A stretch of DNA of 64,000 bases from positions 64,001 through 128,000 of the IMG/VR virus record IMGVR_UViG_3300045988_107814. One strand, 5' to 3'. Source of the DNA: a virus. Below are positions 25,170-37,100 of this stretch, one piece after another; positions within the stretch are counted from its first letter, which is position 1; each line of letters opens with the position of its first letter. Both the position numbers and the translations under genes were made by a program. The notes below the pieces were generated by a model. That model made no database searches and had not been told where the DNA came from. It saw nothing but the letters and a program-made list of their open reading frames with translations.

Positions 25170-28100
25170 ATGGCTGTTTCAGTACAGAAATATATGAAGA
25201 ATATGATAAAATCTGTGGCGTATGGTACGTCAGATGTTTTATCTGAAAAATTTGAATATGTTAGGGACTTCAAAGAAGAAAATCAAGAAGTCTTTAAAGA
25301 AGCATATAGTGCAGTAAAAGATTATAAAAACACATATGCTAGAATCAAAAAAGCTATAGTAAATAATAAAGTAATGGATGCAGCTAGAATCGGTTATGAT
25401 TCTATGTTATATAGTATTACAACAGGCGATTTCTATGCAAAATCTAAAGAAGCCGAAGTAATGGATAAATATGGTGGTGATATATTAGACGGCTTTGATG
25501 TAGATAATGAAGATTTTGATTGGGATAATGAAGATTTATCTACTGGAGATAAAGTTATAGCTACAGCTATTAAAAAAAATGGCAAAGTTGGAACTGCTCT
25601 AACCATTGAAGCTGTTTCTCAAACTGGAAAAGCACAAATGGATGTAGCTAAAGAAAATACAATGTTATTATATACTCAAAATGAGCGTATGTTAAATAAA
25701 CTTGATACTGGATTTACTAATATAATGGGATTCTTAAAACAAAATGGAGAACAAACTGCTAAAATCCAGAATCAAATGAATGATAACTTAAATAAATTTA
25801 TGACTCATGTAGATAATAATGTAGAGAAATTAACTAAACAAATGGACGAATTACTTCAAATGCAAAGAAATATATATAATGGTCCAGAGCAAAAAGAGAA
25901 AAAACATAAAATAGGATATGATGATATTATAAGTAATAAAGGCGTTATTAATATAAAAGAATATGGAAAGCAAATTAAAAAACAAGCATTTGAAGCTGCT
26001 AATAATTTATCAGGTGGAATGCTAAGTCAAATGTTTGGAGAATCTATAAGCGGATCTAACTTATTAGCTACAGCAGCATCTACATTACCAAGAGATATAT
26101 TAAAAGGTATGATTAACAAAGCTCTCGGTGCTAAATTTGATCAAGCTGCCAAAGAATTAGATACAACTCTACAAGGAATTATTCCAACTCTAATGTCAAA
26201 GGCTAATGCTGCCGGTAGAGGAGATAATAAAATATTAAGTTTCTTAGGAAAAATATTTGGTATTAAAGATAAAAAGAATGAAAAAGTAGAAACTGATAAA
26301 TATAATAGAGGTGCTATACCATTTGATGGAGTGACTAAACGTGCTATAACAGATGTAATCCCATATTATTTGAGAAAGATGACAGCCTCTATGACAGGTA
26401 AACCAGAAATGGTATATGATTATCAATCTGGTAGATGGACTACTATGAGAGGTATTAAGCAAGAACATGAAAAAACAATGACAATGGCTAAAGATAGAAC
26501 AACCGGATTATTATTAAATATACTAGAAAGTAATATGGGTGGAAGAAGAATAAGCGATTCATTTAAAACAAAAGACGAATATGATAAATTTATGAAAGCT
26601 CTTGAATCCTATTCTAGTAGACTGTTATCAGCTGGTGATTTTGGTTCTATAAAAGAATCTGAATTAGATAGTAGTGCTCAAGAAGAAATTCATAAAGCAT
26701 TACGATATGTAATGAGATTAGATGATGATACTGGAAAAGATAGAAGATTTACTAAAGGAGCTAATGGCAAAAAAACAAGTTCTGGACTTGGAAGAAGTAG
26801 TATTGGTTCTTTATCTACTATATTAAGAGAATATAAGAATGCACAAAATGCCGCAATTAAAGCTATCAATGACGGCGATTCTACATTAAGATTAATTAAT
26901 GCAGAAGGCCTTGACAGAATAAGTTATGAAAGTTATTCTGATAAAGCGGGTGCTAATAAATATGGAGATTTAGATCAAAGATATATTCAAGATCTTCCAA
27001 TAACACAAGTATTATTAAGAGGCAAAGATGAATACGGTGTATCTATGTATCAATATTTAAGAGACATGGGTAAGAGTTTAAGATTTATTAAAGCTAATTC
27101 TGTATATCTTGCTGGAATTAATGGTACTGGTATAGGAGATGAATTATCAGAAGAAAAATGGAAATCCATATTTGAAAGTAATGGGTCTGGCGAAGGATTA
27201 TCTTATTCTGATGATAAACCTGCTAAGTATGCATTAGAATATTATAAGGAACAACACAAAGAAATTAAAAGAAAAGAAGAAAAAGGTTATGAATCTAGAA
27301 TTGCAAGAGCAAAAAATAGAGCCGAACAAAAAGGCGAATCTTTCTATGTTGCTGATGATTTTTATTCTTTTTCTTCTAAAGACGGTAAAACAGGTCTTAA
27401 AAAAATTATAACTACACAAGAAGAATCAAAAATAGCAAAGACAATTAAAGAAGAAGAAAAGGAAAGATTAAAGAAAGAAAAAGAAAGATGGGCTAATATA
27501 ACTGACATTGTTGGAGAAGATAGTGCAAAATTATTAAAAGATGCATCCGATGATTTTGATAGTTCTGAATCATTAAGTAAAAATATGAGTAAAGTTAAAG
27601 ATAAAGGCTTTGCTGCTAATTTAATGATGTTTGCTAAATGGGCTACTAATAAAGTGGGTAACCCAGCTAATGCGGCTGCTGATGCTGTTATAAAAGTAGA
27701 TTATTGGTTACAAAAATTAATTTATGGTGAAGATTTAAAAAGTGATGATAAAAAGACAGGATTTTTTACAAGAGTAAAGGATTCAATTAAAGATGGGTTT
27801 AAAACAGTAACTGATAAAATTCAAGAAGGATTTGATACTCTTAAAGAAAAACTGAAACCACTTAAAGAAAAATACTTGGATCCAATATTAGAAAAAGTTT
27901 CTAATACGTTATTTGGTACAAAGGATGGAGATGGTATTAGAAGTGGCGGAATATTAGGTGGTTTTATAGGAGGAATTCAAAAAGGTATAAGAAAAAATAC
28001 AGCGGATGTAGAAAGATATGCTAAAGAAAAAGCTAAAAAATTTGGTAATAAAGCAAAGCAAATTTTTAATATAAGTGAAGAACCAAAAGCAACTCCACCT

Positions 28101-31100
28101 AAACCTGAACAGAAAAAAGTAGAACCTCTTACAGTTCTTACACCAGGACAAGTTAAATTTAAAGAAAAAATTCAAAATACTAAAGATCAAATATATAAAT
28201 TAAGAAGTGCTATAAGTTCTAGTATGAAATATATAAAAGAACTAGAGGACAAAATTTCATATATAAGTGATGGTCTTAAGACATTTAGTAAAAAGAATGT
28301 AGAATATTATTCAGAGGAACAATATAAACTTGACAAACAAGAAAGAACAGCGTATCAAATTCAATTAAATGAAGAAAAAGCAAAATTGAAAAAATTAAAA
28401 AATACATTAAGCAAAAAGATAAAAACATACAATTCTATGGTAAAACATGCTCTGTCTATAGGTATTAATGATTTTCAATTAATTGATGAGAATGGTGCAG
28501 ATGTTAAAACAATGGCTGTTGGTGGTGTGAATAAAACTGGCAAATCATTCCAATCTGTATTATCTGCTGGTGAACTTCATAATGGTGTACCAGTAAGATC
28601 TATGGGTATATATACCATTAATCCTGGTGATACAGTTGTTAACCCAGCTAGTGCATCTACAAGATCTAGACAAGCTAGAGCAGAGAAAAATTATCTAAAC
28701 AATATTAAACGAAACGCTGAAGCTAACCAAAAGCTATCTCCAGATGAACAAGTTCCTAGTGAAACAGAACAAAAAGAAGATCCAAATAAATTTGCTGAAT
28801 TAATGACAAATAAAGACTGGACAGAATTAACTGATAAGAAGCAAAGAGCTGAATTCTTAGGAAATGTGGCTAGTAGAGGTCTTATTGGCGGTGGTCTTGG
28901 TCTGTTAGTAGGTGGTCCTTTATTAGGTGCTGCTGTTGGTGCTGCTTCTTCATTAACCAAATCTACCGATGCTTTCTCAAGTCTGCTATTTGGCGACGCT
29001 ATTAAAGATAAAGATGGTAATGTTCAAGTTGATGAAGATGGTAAAATTGTTAGATCAGACAATGGTCTTATTTCTAAAGAAATTATGAAGGCTATGCCAG
29101 ATGTTAAGAAGTTTGGTATTGGTGGTGCTATTGCAGGTCTCATCACCCCTCTAGGTCCATTAGGTGGTATTCTAGCAGGTTCAGCATTAGGATTTGCAAA
29201 AAACTCTGAAATATTCCAAGGTTCTTTATTTGGTGATGGTGGTATATTCTCTGATAAGAATGTAAATAAACTTAAAAAAGGTGCTAAGAATATTGGTGCT
29301 GGTGCTATTATCGGTGCTATTGCTATGCCTGGTCCTTTTGGTTTATTAGGAAATGCTCTTATTGGTGCTACAGCTGGCTATATAACTTCTACTGACAAAT
29401 TCAAAGATGCTTTACTTGGCGAAAAATCTGATCCTAATGATCCAAATAGTAAACGTCAAGGTGGTATTGTTGGTGGAATTAAAGATGCTTTACGTCCTAT
29501 GAAAGATTTCGGTCTGCATCTACGTGATAATATTATGGATGAAATCTTTGGTAAGGATGAAGGCGATGGTCGTAAGGGTGGACTATTTGGTGCTATTAGA
29601 GATAATATGGTAACTCCTATTATCGAAGGTGGTAAATCTGTATTCCAAACTTTGCAAAATAATGTATCTGATATGGCTCATCTATTAGGTGATGCTTATA
29701 AAAAATTTAGAGCAAATCACGCTGGTAATGATTTCTTTGGTGGATTAATTGAAAAAGCAGATAAACTTACTGGAGGTGCTATTAAAGGTGCTGGTTCTAT
29801 TGGTAGGGCTATGACTAAACCATTTAGACTTTTAGGTGACGATGGTATTGGTGGAATGCTTACTGCTAGACGTATTAAAAATGGTACAGAAATAGGTAAA
29901 TCTGCTACGCAAAGAAATATATTTAGAACAAAACATAACCTAGGCATAGGTGATAAATATGCTAAAGCTGACCAAGTAATGGCCAACATGTCTAGAGAAG
30001 ATCTACTAATGGCTCAATCATTATTAGAATTTGGCGACAATACTGATATGATTGATCAGGCTAGAGATAATGACTATGCTATTTTAGGTCAAGAATTAAG
30101 AAAGAATCTAAATAGATCAGATGCTAAAAAAGTTATTAAATTAATAAAAGATGGTAATATTGCCGAAGCACAAAAATTTGCTAGAACTAGAAAAGTATCT
30201 GATGATTCAAAGAAAAATGTAGAATCCTTAATTAGTAATCACCAATATAAATTAGATCAGTATAAGAGTACTAAAAAGAGAATTGAAAGTCTTGGTAAAG
30301 ATTCTCAAACTATTTTAAAAGATTTGGGGTTAAAAGTAGATACTAAAGATCCAAAATCTGTAAGATATTTAAAGAAACAATTGTCTAAAGAAATTGCTCA
30401 TCAAGATGCTGGTTTAACTGATGAAGAAATAGCATTTAAAAAGCAAGAAGAAATGTGGAAAGGTAAAGATTCTCCATTAACTGTAGTTAATACTGGTGTA
30501 ACAACTGTTGTAGAATTATTACAACAGATTAAACTTGGTAATGAATATGACAATCTTCCTGCTAGTGAAAAAGCAAAATACTCTAAAACTGAATATATTA
30601 ATTCTCATAAAACTACAGCTGATACAGAAACACAAGTTAAGAAAACTGCTGTAGGAAAAGGTGTACAACCATCTGTAGCTGTAAACCCTCAAGCTAACTT
30701 ATATAAGAAAATGGAAGATATTAAAAATGAAGAATATATGAAGTCTCTAAAAGAAGTATCTGATAGAGGTGTTAAAATTTTCAACAACTTAGTTGCAGAA
30801 GATTTAAGAGATCCAGAAAAAATAGAATTCGATATAGCAGCTCAATATAGTGTGTCTGAAGATGGTTCTGATGGTAAACCAAAATATGAACCAAATAAAA
30901 AGTTAATCCGTAATATTAAAATTACTAGATTTAAAAAGACATATGAATTCGATGTTACCTATACATGTAATGAAAAAGGTGATGTTTCATTAACTACTGA
31001 TCAAGAAGAAACATTTACTATTGCTAGAGATTCTTTTGTTAGTGAATATATGAGAAAATTCATTCCTAAAGATCGTAAAGAAATAATTAAAAATATGAAC

Positions 31101-34100
31101 TTTGGTGATATGATTAGAACTTCTGTTAAGGCTGCTGGAATAATTGCTATTGCATCTGTAATACCTGGTGGTATCTTTGCAGTTGGTGGCTTTAAACTTG
31201 CCAAGTCTATTAATAAACATTTCGATCTTACTGGAAAAGCTAAACGTCTAACTAAAAAAGGTATTAATAAAGTATCTATGGGTGTTAAGAATAAGCTAGG
31301 TTCTCATGACTTAGATATGCAATCTAGACACCAAAAGAAAAAAGAAAAGAAATATAATAAGAAAGCTAATAAAGCATTAAATGAAGCTATAGAACACAAC
31401 GATCCTAGACTTGATCAAATTGCTCAAGAACAATTTGGACAGAATTATGCTGATCTAGAAAGAAAGCAAAAATATACAGTAAATGATATATTTAGAGAAG
31501 AGGTTAAAAACGAAAAAAGATCTTGGCAAGCTTCTGGTCATGGTTTAGTTGGTAATATAAAAGCTATTGGTAAAAATATGGGCACACTTAAAACTAAAGC
31601 ATTTAATGCAGCCAAAGCTCTAAAAGAAAAGGAACAAGAGAAAGATAACTTTATTGGTAAATTCTTTAATAAATTAGACAAATGGAAAATTAAAAATGAT
31701 AAACGTAAATTTGAAGGCAAGTCCAATCCATTAACTAAAATAATTAAATGGTTATTTGTTGGTGGCATTGCTACTCCTATTCTTGTAGGATTTGTTAAAG
31801 ACAAGATTATGCCAGCAATACATGATAAGATTCAACCATGGTTAAAGAAAGCTGGAGAAAAGATAATTGGTAAAAAGAATCAACAGACTGGTGAATATGA
31901 AGGCGGTATTGTATCTGGTATAGTAAATCCAATTAGAAACTTCTTTAAAGATAAATTCCAAACTATACACGACTGGTTCCATAATGATGGTAAATTTACA
32001 AGTAATGATACTGGTTTTAAAGGCTTCTTAGGAAACTTTGTAAATGTATTTAAGTATGGTGTAAAACTATGGCAAAGTGGTGCTAATACAATTATAAATG
32101 ATGTATTACCTGGATTTGTAGAGGCTATTGTTTCTAAGTTACCAGATATATTAAAATCTGTAGGTAAAGGTATTGTTGATGGTATTGCTTCTTGGTTTGA
32201 TAAGAAAGATGGTACTGGTAAACAATCTCTTGATAAAATTGATGGTTCTATGGTATCTGGTGGCGGTGGTAATACTAGAGCAAATACGAATACTGATAAT
32301 TCTACAATAGAGTTTAATAACACTGTAGGTGGAAAATTCTCTATGGAAGCACCTAAATACATGGGTTCTGGACCAGATTATAGTAGTATTCAAGTAAATG
32401 ATGCATTAGCAGATACATCTCAAACAAAGAATAAAGATGGTACTACTACAATAACAAATAAAGATAATGGTAAAAATGTTACTACAGAAAAAATTAATGA
32501 TGACGAAATGGTATCTGCTGGTGTTAATGCATCTGGAACAGAAATTTTCTATAAACTTTCTGATACAAATAGAACTCAGCCATATTCAAAAACAGGTGAT
32601 GGCCAATATTTAAGAATAGATAATCAAACAGATGTAATGAATAATACATTACAAGATAATACAAGTTTTCAAGAAATGATTGAAAATGATAATGCCGGTA
32701 ATGCTGGTGTTACAAATTCTTATACTGGCACAACTCCTGGATTAGATAATGCTATTAAAGGAACTAAAATCGGTGTTAAAGCACTCACTTCTAAGTCTGG
32801 TGCTAAAGGTCTTACACTGGCTCTTAAAGCCGGTGGTAAAACTATTAAAACAGTTGGTAGAGTTGCTTCTATTCCTGTTGGTGGTAAACGTAGTATAGCT
32901 GGTAAAGTAATAACTAAAACAACTAATGGATTAGGAAATATTGTAGAAAAAGGTGCTGATAAACTTTCTAACGATATATTTAATGTAGGTCAGAAAATAA
33001 CAAACAAAGCATTATCAAAGAGTAAAACACTACAAAAAGTAAATGAACTAGGATTAAAGATAAATGATTCTTGGATGAATAAATTCGGACATGGTCAAAA
33101 TAAACTAGATGCACTTGATAGAAGTATTGATAGAGCACTTGAAAAAGGTGATACTGCTAAAGCAGAAAAATTATTAGACAAAGCTACTAAAGTTGAAGAT
33201 AAAATAAATAATGGAAATGTCTTTAGTAAATTTAAAGATAAGGCTACTTCAAAAGTTAAGAATAGTAAAGCTGGTCAAGCTGTTACTAAAGTTAGCGAAG
33301 GTGCTAAAAATATAAAAACAAAAGCTAAAGATGTTGTTAAGAAAACTAAAGTAGGACAAGCAGCTACAAAAGTTAAAGGCGTAGCTGATGATGCTGTTAA
33401 ATCTGTAAAAGGAATATTCGAAAAAGCTAAAAAGAGTATAGTAGACTGGTTTAAGAAATTATTTAAAAATGGTACATTTAAGAAAGCACTTAAAGAAGCT
33501 GGTCAAGAAGCAAGTGATGAAGCTATTGAAAAAATGGCTAAAGAATCTGGTGAAAAACTAGTTAAGGAATGTGCTGAAGAGGGTGCTGAAAAAATTGCTA
33601 AAGCAGCTGGTAAGAATGCTATAGCAACTGCATCTGATGCAACTGGTATTGGTGTTGTTATTAATATAGCAATGGCTGTAGCAGACTTCGCACTGGGTAT
33701 GGATGATTGCAGAAACATTCTTCAAATAACAGATAAAGAAATTCCTATATCTTGGAGAATATTTGCTGGTCTTGCTAATGCACTTCAAGATATTCCAGCT
33801 GTAGGTATCATATTCGGCATTATCGGTGCTAAAAATATCGTTTATTTCTTAATTGATATTCTAGGTCCTATTATTGCTCCTGATGCAACCAAAAAGATAA
33901 GAGAAAAACAAAAACAAGCTGAAGAAACAGTAGCTGAATATAATAGACAACATAATACAAATCTTACATTAGAAGAATATAATAATAAATTTAATAAAAC
34001 TTTCTCTAGTGTTACTAAGGGATTAGCAGCCGATGCAGGTTCTTTCTTATCTGGTAGAGATGCTACAGTATCTCAATCAATGGAGTCTAGACGTATTGTT

Positions 34101-37100
34101 GAAGATGCCGGTAAAAAAGTAACTAAAATAAGAAAGAAACTAGAAGATATTGCTTCTCATATGTGGGAAAAAGAAGGTAAAAAGTTTAAAGGCTTTAATC
34201 TTACTAAAGAAACATATGGTACATTATGTGCAGAAGTAATTGATAAAATTGTAATGTTGCTAAATGGTTTAGATGAAGATAAATTAGATAAAGTTTTAGA
34301 ATCTGCTGGTAAAATGAGAATGAACTTTGCTGAAAATTATGGTAGTGGATATGTTAAAGTTCTTACATTTGGTGCTGTTGATTTGGACCCATTTGTAGAC
34401 GCTTGGGATGACGGTTATAAAGGTTTGTCATACTTAGGTCTAGATGAGGATAAATTTGAAAATACAGACGTGGTTAAATGTATTGGTGGTATTGCATCTG
34501 TATTTGTAAAATCATGTGGCGGTGCTAAATTAAAAGGAAAAATCATTGATATAGTAATTACTACATTCTGTAAGGGAATGTCAGCTGATGGTAAAAAAAT
34601 TGGTGAAAATGAAAAGAAAATGATAGAAGAAAGCGGTAAAGATATAGAAGAAATAAATAATCAATATACAGCAGTTCAGCAACAATTTAAAGAAGCTGGT
34701 CAAGCTCAATCAGTTGCTATTGATTCTAACGGTAATGTAACTACTGATAATATTGTAACAAATGCAAATGCTAATAATAAACTTTCTACTACCAATACTT
34801 TACAAACAGCAACTTCTCCATTAAGTAAAATCAGTAATAAATTTTCTGAAATTATAAATAATGCAGTTGGTGGATTTACTGGCGGATTAGATAATATTGA
34901 AGAATTGTTTAAATCTTTATCTAGTAAAAATAAGAGTACTAATGAAGCAATTGATGCTATGACACTATTACCAACTGATAAGAAATATTGGAAAATAGAA
35001 TTAGATAATACGAATCCATTTGTTAGTGCTATATTTAACTTTATGGAATCTATGAACAGAGTTGTTAAAGCTCCATTTGCATTAGCAGCAGCTTCTCTAG
35101 GTAGTGGTCTTGAAGTTATTTCTAGTAACTCTGCTGATAATGGTGGATCTGCTCAAACTGTAAATGATTCTAGTGGTAATACTGGAAGTTCAACAGCTTC
35201 TACTAATAATGCTTCTTCTGGTTCTACATCTTCTAAGAGTAGTGGAGGATTCTTAAGTAAAGTAGCAAGTAAAGGTAAAAGTATATTAAAGAAAATTGGT
35301 GGTGCATTTAAGAGTCTATTTGGTAGAGGTGCTGATGATGAATATACCGATGATACAGGTTATGGTGATGATCCATTCCATATTTATCAAAGAGACTATA
35401 AGAGATCATATAAAACAAATGGTGATACAGAAAATCAAACAGTAGCAGATTCTGGTTGTGGCCCAGCCGCAGCAGCTTCTCTATTAAGAATGTATGGTAA
35501 AAACGGTAATATGAATAATGCTGTTAGTTATGCACTTAATAATAACTACAAGGAAGTAAATGGTGGTACTTATCCACAATACTTCAATGATTATCTAAAT
35601 AAAAATGGTATTAGTACTAACTCTAATGCAAATAATAGAGATGTGGTAAATAGTCTTATTCATAATAAACCAGTTATATTAATGGGTCAAGATGCATCCA
35701 ATAGTGGTAGAACTCCATATGGATCTAAGTATTCTCACTATGTCGTTGCTAGAGGACTTGATTCTAATGGTAATGTAATAGTAGAAGATTCTGAAGATAA
35801 AAAGGGTTCTACTAGATATAGCCTTGCTGATACTTTAAGAAATTCTTCTGTAAGAATTACTACAGGTAGTGGAAAATATGGCAGAGCTAAAGGCACTGTG
35901 TTAGATAACTTTGTTAGTGGTGTTAACTCTGTAATGGCTTCTTCTGTTACAAGCATCTTAGGCAACTTATCTAGCAGTATAGGATATAGCGATAGTAGTA
36001 GCGGTAGCACATCATCTAGTGGTAATACTGGTAGTAGCGGTGGTACTGTTATCGCTGGTACTAATGGAACAATAAGTGATCTAACAAAAGACTCCGATGT
36101 TAAAACAAAATGTGGTTATACAGCTGAACAATTAACAGCCGCTATTAAAGCTATACATCCAGAAGGTTGCTCTGCTGAACAATTCCCAGAAGCAGCTATT
36201 AATGTAGAAAAATCTAAAGGTCTTAATGCATTATTTATAATTGCTGCTGCTATTCAAGAACATGGATGGGATGGTAAAGTTGGTATTAATACAACAGGTG
36301 CTAACTGGGGTAACTGGAATGTATTTAATATTATGGGTAGTCCACATGCTTCTAATGGTCGTTGGAAAGACTATAATGATCTTACTGATGCATTTAGTGG
36401 ATTCGGTGATCTTATTCTAGGTAGCACTTATTATGGTGCTGGATTAAAAACGCCTGAAGCGATTGGTAATAGATATTGTCCTCCAGATTTAGAAGAAAAT
36501 GCAAATTACGGTCAATGGGGCGAATCAGTATGTAATGTTGCTCAAAATATTGTAAAACACATTCCTACTTCTGGATCTGGTCGTGGTAATAATAAGATTG
36601 AACCAGCAATAAATAAAAAATTAATAAATAATATTACAGACTCTATTAGTTATGGAACAGTATCTGCTCTTAATGGCGGATCTGGTAAATGGGGTCGTGA
36701 TGGTGAAGAAGATACAACAACCGCTGATGATACCACAACAACAGATACTTCAACAGAAACAACTGATAGTACTACAACTACTACTAATACATCATCATCT
36801 AGTTCTAGTAGTGCTTCTGAATCTGCTGGATTATTAAGTAAACTAACTGAATATACAACTAATCTTACTAAGGGTGTATTTGGAGATTTTTACGATGCAT
36901 TATATGGTAAAACAGAAACAAGTACAACCACACCAACATCTGGTAATACTATTACTGGTACATTATCTTCTGGTGATTCAATTGCTAATATGAAAACCTT
37001 ATTTAGTTACTTTACATCTCAAGGATTAAGTGATAATTTAGCTGCCGGTATTCTTGGTAATATTAAAGCTGAATCTGGTTTTAATCCTAACGTATTATAC